A DNA stretch of 64,000 nt, taken from Saccostrea echinata (lineage: Eukaryota). Shown here piece by piece: positions 1-12,887 of this stretch (position 1 is the first letter of the stretch; the number at the start of each line of letters is the position of its first letter). The stretch is taken from positions 62,000,001-62,064,000 of the forward strand of contig NW_026889803.1 of NCBI RefSeq assembly GCF_033153115.1. Direction: 5' to 3'. The notes beneath the pieces were generated by a model. That model searched no databases. It was not told the DNA's origin and was given only the letters and a program-made list of their open reading frames with translations. Both the position numbers and the translations under genes were made by a program.

Positions 1-730
1 ACAGTAATGATGTAGAGATGAGCTCTGTTATTGTTGAGGAGATAACACAGTAATGTTGTAGAGATGAGCTCTGTTATTGTTGAGGAGATAGCACAGTAAT
101 GTTGTAGAGATTAGTTGTGTTATTGTTGAGATAACACAGTAATGTTGTAGAGATGAGCTCTGTTATTGTTGAGGAGATAGCACAGTAATGTTGTAGAGAT
201 GAGCTCTGTTATTGTTGAGGAGATAACACAGTGATGTTGTAGAGATGAGCTCTGTTATTGTTGAGGAGATAACACAGTGATGTTGTAGAGATGAGCTCTG
301 TTATTGTTGAGGAGATAACACAGTTATGTTGTTGAGATGAGCTCTGTTATTGTTGAGGCAATAATAGTAATGTTGTTGAGATGAGGTCTGTTATTGTTAA
401 TGAGATAACACAGTGATGTTGTAGAGATGAGGTCTGTTATTGTTGAGGAGATAACACAGTAATGTTGTAGAGATGAGGTCTGTTATTGTTGAAATAACAT
501 AAATGTTGTAGAGATGAGCTCTGTTATTGTTGAGGAGATAACACAGTAATGATGTAGAGATGAGCTCTGTTATTGTTGAGGAGATAACACAGTAATGTTG
601 TAGAGATGAGCTCTGTTATTGTTGAGGAGATAACACAGTAATGTTGTAGAGATGAGTTATGTTATTGTTGAGGAGATAACACAGTAATGTTGTAGAGATT
701 AGTTGTGTTATTACTTGTGAGATAAGACAG
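1..730. repeat. 46-bp minisatellite in MTO1 intron, cut by window edge
   Basis: Unit acagtaatgttgtagagatgagctctgttattgttgaggagataac, about 16 copies. Confidence 0.95.
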
Positions 731-1170
731 TATTCACTGTAATTAATCCACAGGTAACTCACCAGTACTGTAGAGGTAATGTATTGGAGTTTCTGACTTC
801 CATTCCATTCAATCGTAAAAAGTAGTTGCAATGTTCATTTTTTTAAAAGCACAAACATTTTCATTCACACAGTGTCATTTGGAATACTGCCATTAAATGT
901 GTTGCTTATTATTATCTATCAGATCATTGAATAATTGTACTTCTTGTTTGCACTGTGCATTGCCAAGGTAAACAGTGAGATGTTCCCAGTTTTATAGGAT
1001 ACTAATTGCAATTAGTGTCAAGAACAGCCTCCCACTAACATGTTAATCACACACAGTGTAGTATATAGCAGTATTTCAGAACAAGAATACTTTGCTTTTA
1101 TGCTACAGGTTCTAGGTGATACATCTTCATAGCAATAACAGATTAAAAGTTTGACTGTCCCATGTTTCAG

Positions 1171-1244
1171 ATACTGCCCCTCCATTGAATCCAAGGTTCT
1201 GCTTTTTAAAGGAAGAAAACATCAAATATGGCTTGAACCAGAAG
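1171..1244 (+). CDS. MTO1: MTO1 exon A ([24 protein letters not shown])
   Basis: tttcag acceptor, gtaaat donor, GidA YCPSIE motif. Confidence 0.93.
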
Positions 1245-4200
1245 GTAAATTGCTGTGGAAAGCTGACTTTTTTCATAATTGTAAGAAATAATTTTATGTA
1301 TTAAAATACAGAAATACTGTTTCATACTTGTGTCTAGGGGGAGGGGGGGGGGGGGGGGCAAGGTGATGGGAGGGGAAAAAACAGTTCAGATTTCCTATGA
1401 ACATTCTTTAAATTTTCTTGCTGGAAAGACAATAAAAAAGACACATAAATTTAAATTGACATATCAGTCTATTGTGTCTGTCTAGCTGTCCATCTGTCTG
1501 TAAACAGAATGCTACTCCTCCTACAGTTTTGGTCCAATTTCAGTGAGAATTGGTACACAAGTAGACTATACTAAGATACATACTGTGAAATCACTAATTT
1601 TCAAAGAGGCTTAATTTTCATCATTTTCATGGCATGAAGAGACCCACAAATTCATATCTCCCATGAAATATTAAAACTTCACACTGCAGTATTATGTTTC
1701 TCCTTTATCCACGAAGTCAGATCCCTTCAAACCAGTTATTTTTCCACAAACCATGAAAATTAGATTTCGACAAACAGTTTTGTCATGGTTACTAAAAACA
1801 GAAATTTCTGTAAAATTCTTTCAAAACACTACACCTCTATCTGTTTTGGTCCGATTTCAAGGCTCTCAATTGTCTATGATTGGGGCCATTCGAGGGCCCC
1901 ATTCCAAATTCAAAAAAAGGAACCTTTTCCCCAATTAAAATAGAAGTGTTGATTTTCCCAATTATCATTTCTCCAAAAAATTAAAGAAAATATAGTTGGG
2001 GTTATCCCAAAATTCTGCAAAAAGGTCACTTTTCAAAAGCTTTGAATTTTAGGAAAAACTGCATCTTTTACCTGCATTTTATAGGTTTGGATAATGAAGT
2101 TATCTATCCACAAGGGATATCCTGCACTATGCCAGAGGAGCACCAACTGAGGCTAGTGCGAGCTATCCCAGGCCTGGAGAGGGCTGTCTTCACAAAACCA
2201 GGTAATAAAACTGGGAAGATACTATGGCCTTCTTCACCAAGCCAGGTAATAAAACTGGGAAGATACTATGGCCTTCTTCACTAAACCAGGTAATAAAACT
2301 GGGAAGATACTATGGCCTTCTTCACAAAACCAGGCAATAGAACTGGGAAGATACTATGACCTTCTTTACTAAGCCAGGTAATAAAACTGGGAAGATACTG
2401 TGGCTGTCTTCACTAGGTCAGGTAATAAAACTGGGAAGATACTATGGCCTTCTTCACTAAACCAAGAAATAAAAGTGGGAAGATATTGTGGCTGTCTTCA
2501 CTAAACCAGGTAATAAAACTGGGAAGATACTGTGGCTGTCTTTACTAAACCAGGTAATAAAACTGGGAAGACACTGTGGCTGTCTTCACTAAACCAGGTT
2601 GTAAAACTGGGAAGATACTTTGGCCTTCTTCACTAAACCAGGTAGGTAAGTAGGTAATAAAACTGGAAAGGTATCATGACCTTCTTCATGAAACCAGGTA
2701 ATAAAACTGGGTACTACGGCCTTCTTCACTAAACCAGGTAATAAAACTTTTTTGAAGATCGGTGGCCTTCTTTACTAAACAGATAATAAAGCTGGGAAGA
2801 TACTGTGGCCTTCTTCCCAAAAACCAGGTAATTGTAAAACTGGAAGATTCCATCCCTGTCTAAATAAACGTGGTGGGGAAAAAAGAGATTCATGAAGTAT
2901 TATCTGCTGTTATTTTCATTTAACTGTTGCTATGGTACATTCATGTTTTTCATTCAATAATACCTTGGTATGGAATATGATTACATCAAAAGTGTTGAAT
3001 TTTATATTTTTTCTGCTGTTTTACATTTATGGTTTTGTTATATACATGTACAACTGTTATTGTATGTTTTATGGCAAAGAACATGATTGCATTTATTGTT
3101 GTTTATTTAATAATGCGGAAATGATTACACTTAACTTGTATTTAAGGCGATGGTGTGGAATATGATAACACTGAATTGTTGCTATTAAGGTGATGGTGTG
3201 GAATGTGGTAACACCCAGTTGTGGTTGTTTAGGTTATGATTTGGAATATGATAACACCCAATTGTGGTTGTTTAGGTTATGATTTGGAACATGATAACAC
3301 CCAATTGTGGTTGTTTAGGTTATGATGTGGAATATGATAACACACAATTGTGGTTGTTTATGTTATGATGTGGAATATGATGAATACTTACTTGTGGATG
3401 TTTAGGTCATGATATGGAATATTATAACACTTATTTGTGTTTGTTCAGGTCATGATGTGGAATATGATAACACTTATTGTGGTTGTTTAGGTTTTGATTA
3501 CATTTGACTATTGTTGGATCAAAAATTAAATATGACTGTTGTTGTTTGGGCTATGGTGTGGAGTATGATTACATTTTTTTCATTGTTGTTTAGGTAATCG
3601 TTTGATATAGGATTGCATTTTATCATTATCGTTTATAAAATTATGGTGTGTACTATAATTCATATATATATTTATCATTGATGTTTAGGTAATGGTTTGA
3701 AATAGAATTACATTTAATTATTATTGTTTAGGTTATGGTGTGAAATATAATTCATGTATATTTATCATTGTTGTGGTGTATGATTACATTATCATTGGTG
3801 ATTAGGTTATGGTGTGGAGTGTGATTACATTTTATCATTGTTGTTTAGGTTATGGTGTGGAGTATGATTACATTTTATCATTGTTGTTTAGGTTATGGTG
3901 TGGAGTATGATTACATTTTATCATTGTTGTTTAGGTTATGGTGTGGAGTATGATTACATGGATCCCAGACAGCTAAGGCCTACATTAGAAACCATTAAGA
4001 TAGAGAATCTGTTCTTTGCTGGTCAGATTAATGGTACGACAGGATATGAAGAAGCAGCTGCCCAGGTATTATAACCTTAAGATACAGGTATATTGTATAA
4101 CTCAGGTGATATCATCACTCGGGTGAGGCATACATTACATCAAACAAGTATGACATATACTGAATCACTCAGGTGAGGCATACATTACATCAAACAAGTA

Positions 4201-7200
4201 TGACATATACTGAATCACTCAGGTGAGGCATACATTACGTCAAACAAGTATGACACAGGTGAGGCATACATTACATCAAACAAGTATGACATATACTGAA
4301 TCACTCGGGTGAGGCATACATTACATCAAACAAGTATGACATATACTGAATCACTCAGATCTGACATACATAACTGTAAAAAGGTATGGCATACACTTCA
4401 ATACACATATATGACATACTCTTCAAATTACAGTTATGGCAAACACTTCATTACACAGGTATGCCATACAATTCAATACACAGCTATGACATACACTTCA
4501 ATACACTATTGTGAAATACTGTTCAATACAAAAGTGTGACATACACTTCAATTCACAAGTGTGACATAAACTAAATCTTTGACAATATGACATACACCAT
4601 CATCACTCAGTGAGACAATTACACTATTTCATTCATACATGTTACAGTCTTGTATGTCATACACACCAATACTGTGGTTCATCGTGGTATGACATACACT
4701 TCTTTTCCCAGGTGCAACATAACATAACAGTACCATTCAGACATGACAAGTATGGCGATAATAAGTTAAGACACACACTACAATATAGAAGCTTGGAATA
4801 TATTTCATCGCTGAATATCAAACATGCATAATTAAGTTTTTCTTTCAAAAATAAAAAGATTAAATTCATTTAGGAAGAAGATTACTGAAATCTTTAGAAG
4901 TTGTGTCTTACCCTACAGTGACACTTTTTCAGTGAAATACATTCAAAATAAATTCTTCATTAGGATTTCAAAGGAAACTAACTGTTACTGTTTAGCTATA
5001 GCATAATTTAAGTTAGATCTGGAGAGTACAGACATTTTTTTCTCTCAGTAGAACAACGTTACAGAACTTTTGCATGCAAAACTCAGATCCTGTCTGTTTA
5101 TGAATACCATGATAAATCTCTAAGTTGTTCTCATCTGCCTTGAATGGTCTGTGGATTAATGCCATAAGGGCCATGTAAATCATCAACCCATTACATGCTG
5201 TTTGAAGTGAAGTAAGTTATATTATTAAATCATCTAGGGCATTATAGCTGGAATCAACGCTGCTGGTAAAGTGCAAGGAAAGCCTCCCTTTACAGTTGAT
5301 AGAACAGAGGGTTACATTGGAGTTCTTATTGATGACCTCATCACACAGGGAACCAATGAACCATATCGAATGTTCACGAGTCGATCAGAGTTCAGGCTGT
5401 ATCTCAGACCTGATAATGCTGACAAAAGACTTACAGCAAAAGGTTTGGGTCATAATAAAGTACTTAAAACAAATTATTTACTAAAAATGATTCCTTATAG
5501 GAAAGAATAGACTATATTCTTGTTTTGTTTTTTGTTTTAAAAAAGTTGGGGTTTTTTGGTTTTGAATTAAAGATGTTATTGATTTGCGTCACTATTAAAA
5601 TTTTGTGACTAAAAATGCATGATCAAAGGGCAGATTATGATAACTTGCACCTTCATTAATTTTTAGTGCAAATGAGCTGAAAACTCAAGTGAGCTTTTCA
5701 GATCACCCGTTTCCTGGCTTCTGTTTGTTTGTCTGTTCATCTGTTAATTTTTCACATTAACTTTTTTTTACTTCTTCTCGAGAACCACTGGGCCAATTTT
5801 AGCCCAAGTTGGCACAAAACACCCCTGGATAAAGGGGATTCTAATAGTGGTGTGCAATATTACCAGCATATCTGTACATTTTAGTATGACCCACCATAAT
5901 GAATGATGATTTAAAAATTAGATAACAGTATGTCTCAATATTCATAAAAATATATAAAAACATCAATGGTGCAATGTTTTGTCTAATATACATATCACAA
6001 GTAAATGGTCACCGATTTTCACTTGATGCAGGGTTGCTTCAATTACTTTTTAATTACTTTCATGCCATTTTAAAAACCTTCATGCGGAGCAAATGCGAAG
6101 TAATTTAATGCGTAGTAAATTAATTCAAATTAAACTAATTCGCATTAAATTCTCCGTGTGAACCCGGTTGAAATTAAATTCGCAGTAACTTACGTTTAAT
6201 TCAAATTAAATTTTCCGTGTGAACAGGGCATAAAACGTATATATGCCAGGTCCATGATCATATGGCATAATGTGAAATTAGGTCAGGTGAGACTAATACC
6301 CCAAAATCCACAAGAAGTTGTCGCAACTATTTTTCTTTATTCGTCTTTTTATTCTATGAATGCAGAGCTCCAGGTAATTTTTTTTAGCCCAAAGTGTATT
6401 TACCCCCTGATTTTCAAATCAATGCAGATTTTGATATTCAGTAAAATGATTTAAGAGTATTTTGTTAATATATTAATGTTTTGACATCTGTTGTAATTTT
6501 GAGCTTGTTATCCAAATAAAAGTATTTTTAAAAAGGATAGAAAAAAAACTACAAAGGACAGTTCCTGTATTTATTTAAATATTTTTTTAAGAATGCCAAC
6601 AAGATTTCTGAGAAACATTTTTTTCTTTGACAAGGAAGATCATACAGTAGGTAAAGTAATCATAGGCACATATAATTTTTTCTCTATTTAAGATGATATC
6701 ATAGGAAGAGTAAACCAAGAAAAAAAAGAATGAGAGAAATCAGAAATTGTCAATGAACCCATCTTAAAAAACGTTATGTACAAACCATGTGTAACCGTCC
6801 TACTGAACAGAGAACCATAGAGAACTCGAGAGAATCTAGGAAAACTCTTTATCGTTAAATACATATAGGATCTCCCATGATTTGTAGTTGGATATGATTT
6901 TTATCCAACGAGTTGTGTGTTTTTTATCCCCGAGCCTTGGCGAGGGGATAAAAACACACAACGAGTTGGATAAAAGTCATAGGTGTCAGGTCATTTCTCT
7001 CTAAAACTTTTTCTCTCCTAGGTTATTTCTCTCTACTACCATTTCACGGTAGGTCATTTCACGGTAGGTCATTTCACTCTCCTACCTAGGTCATTTCACC
7101 CCATTTTTAATCTGGTCTAATAAAATTATTTACAACTCCATTCTTAGTTAGTTAAAGCAGTCCCAGAGCAGTCCCACAGCGGTCCCAGAGCAGTCCCACA

Positions 7201-8987
7201 GCAGTCCCAGAGCAGTCCCAGCAGTCCCAGCGGTCCCAGAAAGCAGTCCCAGAAAGCAGTCCCAGCAAATAACATGCATTGACTTTCTGCTAATCATGCC
7301 CGAAGGCGATTGAAACTTCAGGTGTTGACACCATTTTATACATTTGTATTGCTTTTTATTAATCGGCCAGGAAAACATAAACAAAACAAATAAGAAATAA
7401 GTCACAATTCCCAATATTTTAAAATGTTTATAAATTTACTCTTTTAATTACTTGTTTATAAATCAAAAACAAATTCATAAATAAATCCCCCAATAATTGT
7501 TCACAAATATAATGTTTTTAATGACTGAAGAATGGTAGAATAATTTTATTTCATGGTCATTTAATAAATTATTAGGTTTTATTTGAGTACATTCCGTAAC
7601 TTGACAGCATTAATTAATTAAATAGGCCTCGATATTTTTTTTTTTTCAAGCACCTGTATTAAAGTTTCAATTAGCATTAATTAATTAAATAGGCCTAGAT
7701 ATATTTTTTTTTCAAACACCTGTATTAAAGTTTAATTTAAAGGATAAAAGTCATCTCCTGACTTCCCTTTTAACTGCTTTCATTTTTAAAAATTAATTCC
7801 AGACTACAATTGTGTAAATTTACAGCCCCTGAAGACATTTAGTAATTACATGTATATCTATCTCTACTTATTAAAATGTTGTTAAAAAAAATCCTTGTTT
7901 TTTTAATTCTTTATCTTAAACACCTCTCTGCTGAAAGTAAACAAAACAACAACAGGGAGCCTGCAAATTCAGAATACACAAGGGGCGGAGCTATCATGTC
8001 ACTCAGAACCTTTTTCATGCATGAGTGAACAAAGCAGTCCCAGAAAGCAGTCCCAGGGACTGTTGGGACTGCTGGGTCTGCTTTCTAGAGCAGTCCCACA
8101 GCAGTCCCAGAGCAGTCCCACAGCGGTCCCAGAGCAGTCCCACAGCAGTCCCAGAGCAGTCCCAAAGCAGTCCCGGGGACTGCTTTCTGGGACTGCTTAG
8201 GTGTCAGGTTGGGTCTGGTTGGTACTGTACGTTTCAAAATCTCAGTAGATGTCAAATAAAATATCTCTAAAAGGTTTGTTTACTCCAAGTTTGTATATTT
8301 GTCTAATAGTTTACTTATTCAGGGATTCAATTCAAAAAAATCTCTTATCTCATTTTTTTTTTTTACGCTTTTAACCCCCCCCCCCCCCCCCCCCCCCCCC
8401 TGGCGTTCAGTTCACATTAATTGTTATACCAGAGGCAGTCAATTTTAAGTACAAACAAAAATATTTTCACAATCATACAATTATGAAATGCTTGAAACAG
8501 TTTTTTGAAAGGGTTTAGACACATGATTGTTATGTTAGCTAGATTTTACACTGTTTACATGTACTTACGTCAATTTTATTATTAAGGAGTCATTCACGAT
8601 AAGTCAATTATGCACGTACGCAAGAGAAAATATTAATGCAGAAAAAAATGTTTCAAACAATCAGGACTTTTTAAAATTAAAACTACATATATGCACATTG
8701 ATTTTGTGTTTTTAGAATAAACATGTTCAAAAAGGGGGTACACAAAGCGCTGCATTTCATTTCCGAAATTTTGCATTGCATTTCCTACATTTTTTGTTTG
8801 CATTTCCGACATTTTTTTTATTTTCATTTCCGACATTTATTTCTTTACATTTCCGGAATATTTGGAGGGTACTTTTACGACAATTTAATGTTAACGAAGC
8901 ACGTGGAAATAGGATATAAATATTACATTTATTTCAAACCACATTTTCTGAATAAAAATAATGCAATACACTAAAGAACATGCATAT

Positions 8988-9024
<37 letters not shown>

Positions 9025-12000
9025 AAGAAGGAAGTTAAAACTTACTTGTCTGTGACAGTCCAAACATTTAGGATTAGTCATCTTGCCTAAAGATTGTGAT
9101 CGCTAGAAAGTATTGCAGTAAATGAGATTTTTTATTAAGTCAAATAAAAAGTGGCAAAAAATTCTTATTTATATAATAATTAGGCTGAACACATCTGTGT
9201 ACAATACACAAAGCTGACATTTTCTGTCACTAAGAATGATTTCTCCAAATTTAAACGAGTAATAATTAAGGTGTCAATCTGTGAAATGTAATCGACAATT
9301 CACGGATAAACATATGTACCCAGCATGTATATACAAAAAACACCGTGTAAGGTATCATAAAACCGCCAGACAGCAATTACGAAATCTAACAATAATATAT
9401 TTATTCGGAATTCCTGATAAAGGCCATAAACGAAAGATGACATCAAAAAGGAAAATAAACAAACTTGAAGACTACTATTGAATTTAATTGTGGGAAAAAA
9501 ATGGATTAAAATAAAATATTTTTTATCATCGCATTTAAATCTAAGTTANNNNNNNNNNNNNNNNNNNNNNNNNNNNNNNNNNNNNNNNNNNNNNNNNNNN
9601 NNNNNNNNNNNNNNNNNNNNNNNNNNNNNNNNNNNNNNNNNNNNNNNNNNNNNNNNNNNNNNNNNNNNNNNNNNNNNNNNNNNNNNNNNNNNNNNNNNNN
9701 NNNNNNNNNNNNNNNNNNNNNNNNNNNNNNNNNNNNNNNNNNNNNNNNNNNNATTCAAATAATGGTACTAGTATAAAGCATGTTAATGTTAAGCTCAATA
9801 GTAATGGTATAAAAACTTATTGTATTATAATTTTCATGTTGGAGTGAAATGACCTAGGTTGTGGAGAGAAATGACCTAGGTAATGGAACGAAATGACCTA
9901 GGAGAGAAATGACCTGGGTGGAAATGACCTATGCGGAGTGGGTACTGGGGAGAAATGACCCGGATTCAAGTCATATCCAACTACAAATCATGGGAGATTC
10001 TTTTTATCCCATGTTTAATACTTCACAACCAATGTTTTACACTGCTTTATATAGGACTCCACTTTATTTTACTTCATCGCGCTAACGCAAAAACCATTGT
10101 GACGTCACAACTGTGGATTATGAAAAATTTATCCAATGAGTCATATCCACGGGATAAAGGGGTAAACATGGGATAAAAATACATATTATGCGTAATGTCT
10201 CTGTACAGCAGTTTATTTAATTGGTCTTGAATTAAAAACAGAGCTCTTTTTTTCGATGTGGTTTTAATATGGTCTTCACTGCTCTTTTACACAGTATGTA
10301 CTCTTTGATATATTGCAGAATAAACTTTTTTTCTCCGGCTAGGACTCTTTCTTTTCCTCAAACTATCCATTGTTTTCTAGGTAACATTGTTTTCTATTAC
10401 TTATGTATTACATTTGTTACAGAACAATGTCGTCTCACATACACGACACAAGCTTTTGTGTGCTTAAAAGTAACTATGCCTAGTGCGTAGGCTTTCTATA
10501 TAAAGAAATTGATTTTAATCTAAATCATTGAATTCTTTCTCCTGAACTGGAAATCGTCATCGCCATAACTAGCATTTTCCTGGTTATTAAAACGCTTTTA
10601 AATTATTATTTTGTTTTGAAAAAAATCAAACACTGAGCTAACCTCAATCCATATCATTAGCCAAGTCGTACTTGTATTATTCAATCCGTCGTACGCAGTA
10701 CTTCCATAGTGTAATGCTTATTTACGATTACTAATGCATAACTGTACATCCAGTTTTAATTTTTAATGCATATTTTGTAAAATTCAATGCACATTTCTGC
10801 AAATACGCACCTTATCTGGAGCTCTGTGAATGGTTGTATAAAGTATCGAAAAGTCGTATCCTATGTACCCATTGACATGTTTAGGAGTATCGTCCAAAGT
10901 CCCATAGATTAATGAGGAGTATTGTCCTAAGTTACCATAGATAGGTTTAAAAATATTGTCCTAAGTCCCATAGATTAATGAGGAATATTGTCCTAAGTCC
11001 CATAGATTAATGTAAGAGTATTTTCCTAAGTACCAATAGATCAGTGAGGAGTATTGTCCTAGGTACCCATAGATAAGTGTAGGAGTATTGTCCTAGGTAC
11101 CCATAGATTAGTGTAGTAGTATTGTCCTAGGTACCCATAGATTAGTGTAGGAGTATTGTCCGAAGTACCAATAGATCAGTGAGGAGTATTGTCCTTAGTG
11201 CCCATTGATTAGTGTAGGAGTATTGTCCTAAGTACCCAAAGATTAGTGTAGGAGTATTGTCCTAAGTACCCAAAGATTAGTGTAGGAGTATTGTCCTAAG
11301 TACCCAAAGATTAGTGTAGGAGTATTGTCCTAGGTACCCATAGAGTAGTTTAGGAGTATTGTCCTAGGTACCCATAGATTAGTGTAGGTGTATTGTCCCA
11401 GGTACCCATAGATTGATGTAGGAGTATTGTCCTAGGTACCCATAGAGTAGTGTAGGAGTATTGTCCTAGGTACCCATAGATTAGTGTTGGAGTATTGTCC
11501 TTAGTGCCCATAAATTAGTGTAGGAGTATTGTCTTAGGTACCCATAGATTAGTGTAGGAGTATTGTCCTAGGTACCCATAGATTAATGAGGAGTATTGTC
11601 CTAAGTACCCAGTATAGATTAGTGTGGGAGTATTGTCTTAGGTACCCATAGATTAGTGTAGGAGTATTGTCCTAGGTACCCAAAGATTGATGTAGGAGTA
11701 TTGTCCTAGGTACCCATAGATTAGTGTAGGAGTATTGTCCTTAGTGCCCATAGATTAGTGTAGAAGTATTGTCCTAGGTACCCATAGATTAGTGTAGGAG
11801 TATCGTCCTAAGTACCCATAGATTAGTGTAGTAGTATTGTCCTAGGTACCCATAGATTAGTGTAGGAGTATTGTCCGAAGTACCAATAGATCAGTGAGGA
11901 GTATTGTCCTTAGTGCCCATAGATTAGTGTAGGAGTATTGTCCTAAGTACCCAAAGATTAGTGTAGGAGTATTGTCCTAAGTACCCAAAGATTAATGTTA

Positions 12001-12844
12001 ATGTAGGAGTATTGTCCTAGGTACCCATAGAGTAGTTTAGGAGTATTGTCCTAGGTACCCATAGATTAGTGTAGGAGTATTGTCCTAGGTACCCATAGAG
12101 TAGTGTAGGAGTATTGTCCTAAGTAGCCATAGATTAGTGTAGGAGTATTGTCATAGGTACCCATAGATTAGTGTAGGAGTATTGTCCTAAGTACCCATAG
12201 ATTAGTGTAGGAGTATTGTTCTAGGTACCCATAGAGTAGTGTAGAAGTGTTGTTCTTAGTGCCCATAGATAAGTTAGGAGTATTGTCTTAAGTACCCATA
12301 GATTAGAGTAGGATTAATATCCTTCTGAGTAACACTCTATTGTATTAAAATTTTGCTCCTTAGATGTCAGTATGTGAGTATTTGTTTTTTACAGGTTATG
12401 ACATTGGGTGTGTCAGCCTTTATATGTCAGTATGTGAGTATTTTATACAGGTTATGACATTGGGTGTGTCAGCCAACACCGATATAACCACACTGTACAG
12501 CAGTATAGAGAGGTGGAGGAAATCATTGATCGACTTAAGTCCACAGTGAGACACATGAGGCGGTGGAACAAGCTCTTACAGCGACCAGACAGTACAAATC
12601 CAAACCAATTCAGGTAAATCATGGATACCTTTCACTGTATCAAAATAAACTATCACCTGACTAAAATATCAGAGAGATCTGCAAATATTGGTCACTAGAA
12701 ACCCCTGATTTTTATATTTCTACATGCAGGGTTTTTGTAAGTCTTAAAATCAAGGGCCTGGGCTTTTCCATTTGGGAAAATAGTGACATTTGGTTGAAAT
12801 TGGGAAAATGTCATATTGACCATTTTTGTAAATAAATTCAAATA

Positions 12845-12887
<43 letters not shown>

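Larger units (their letters stand above)
6982..9967. mobile_element. Mutator/foldback-like element with subterminal aggtcatttc repeats
   Basis: Multiple aggtcatttc at left, gaaatgacct at right; 8-bp TSD aagtcata. Confidence 0.7.
6864..10180. mobile_element. Palindromic non-autonomous element split by an insertion
   Basis: tctcccatgatttgtagttggatatga...ggggataaaaacacacaacgagttggataaaagtcata resumes at 9968 as aagtcatatccaactacaaatcatgggaga. Confidence 0.65.
6363..10826. mobile_element. hAT-like non-autonomous element hosting nested insertions
   Basis: TIR cagagctccagRtaa at both ends; tgaatg 6-bp direct repeat on both flanks; spans an assembly gap. Confidence 0.7.

Noticed and set aside
7148-8270. 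Low-complexity ORFs (GTAGTA, QSHSSP)
   Set aside because: Translations of 11-bp transposon subterminal repeats.
9478-9798. ORFs spanning X residues (also 41192-41458)
   Set aside because: Artefacts of N gaps.
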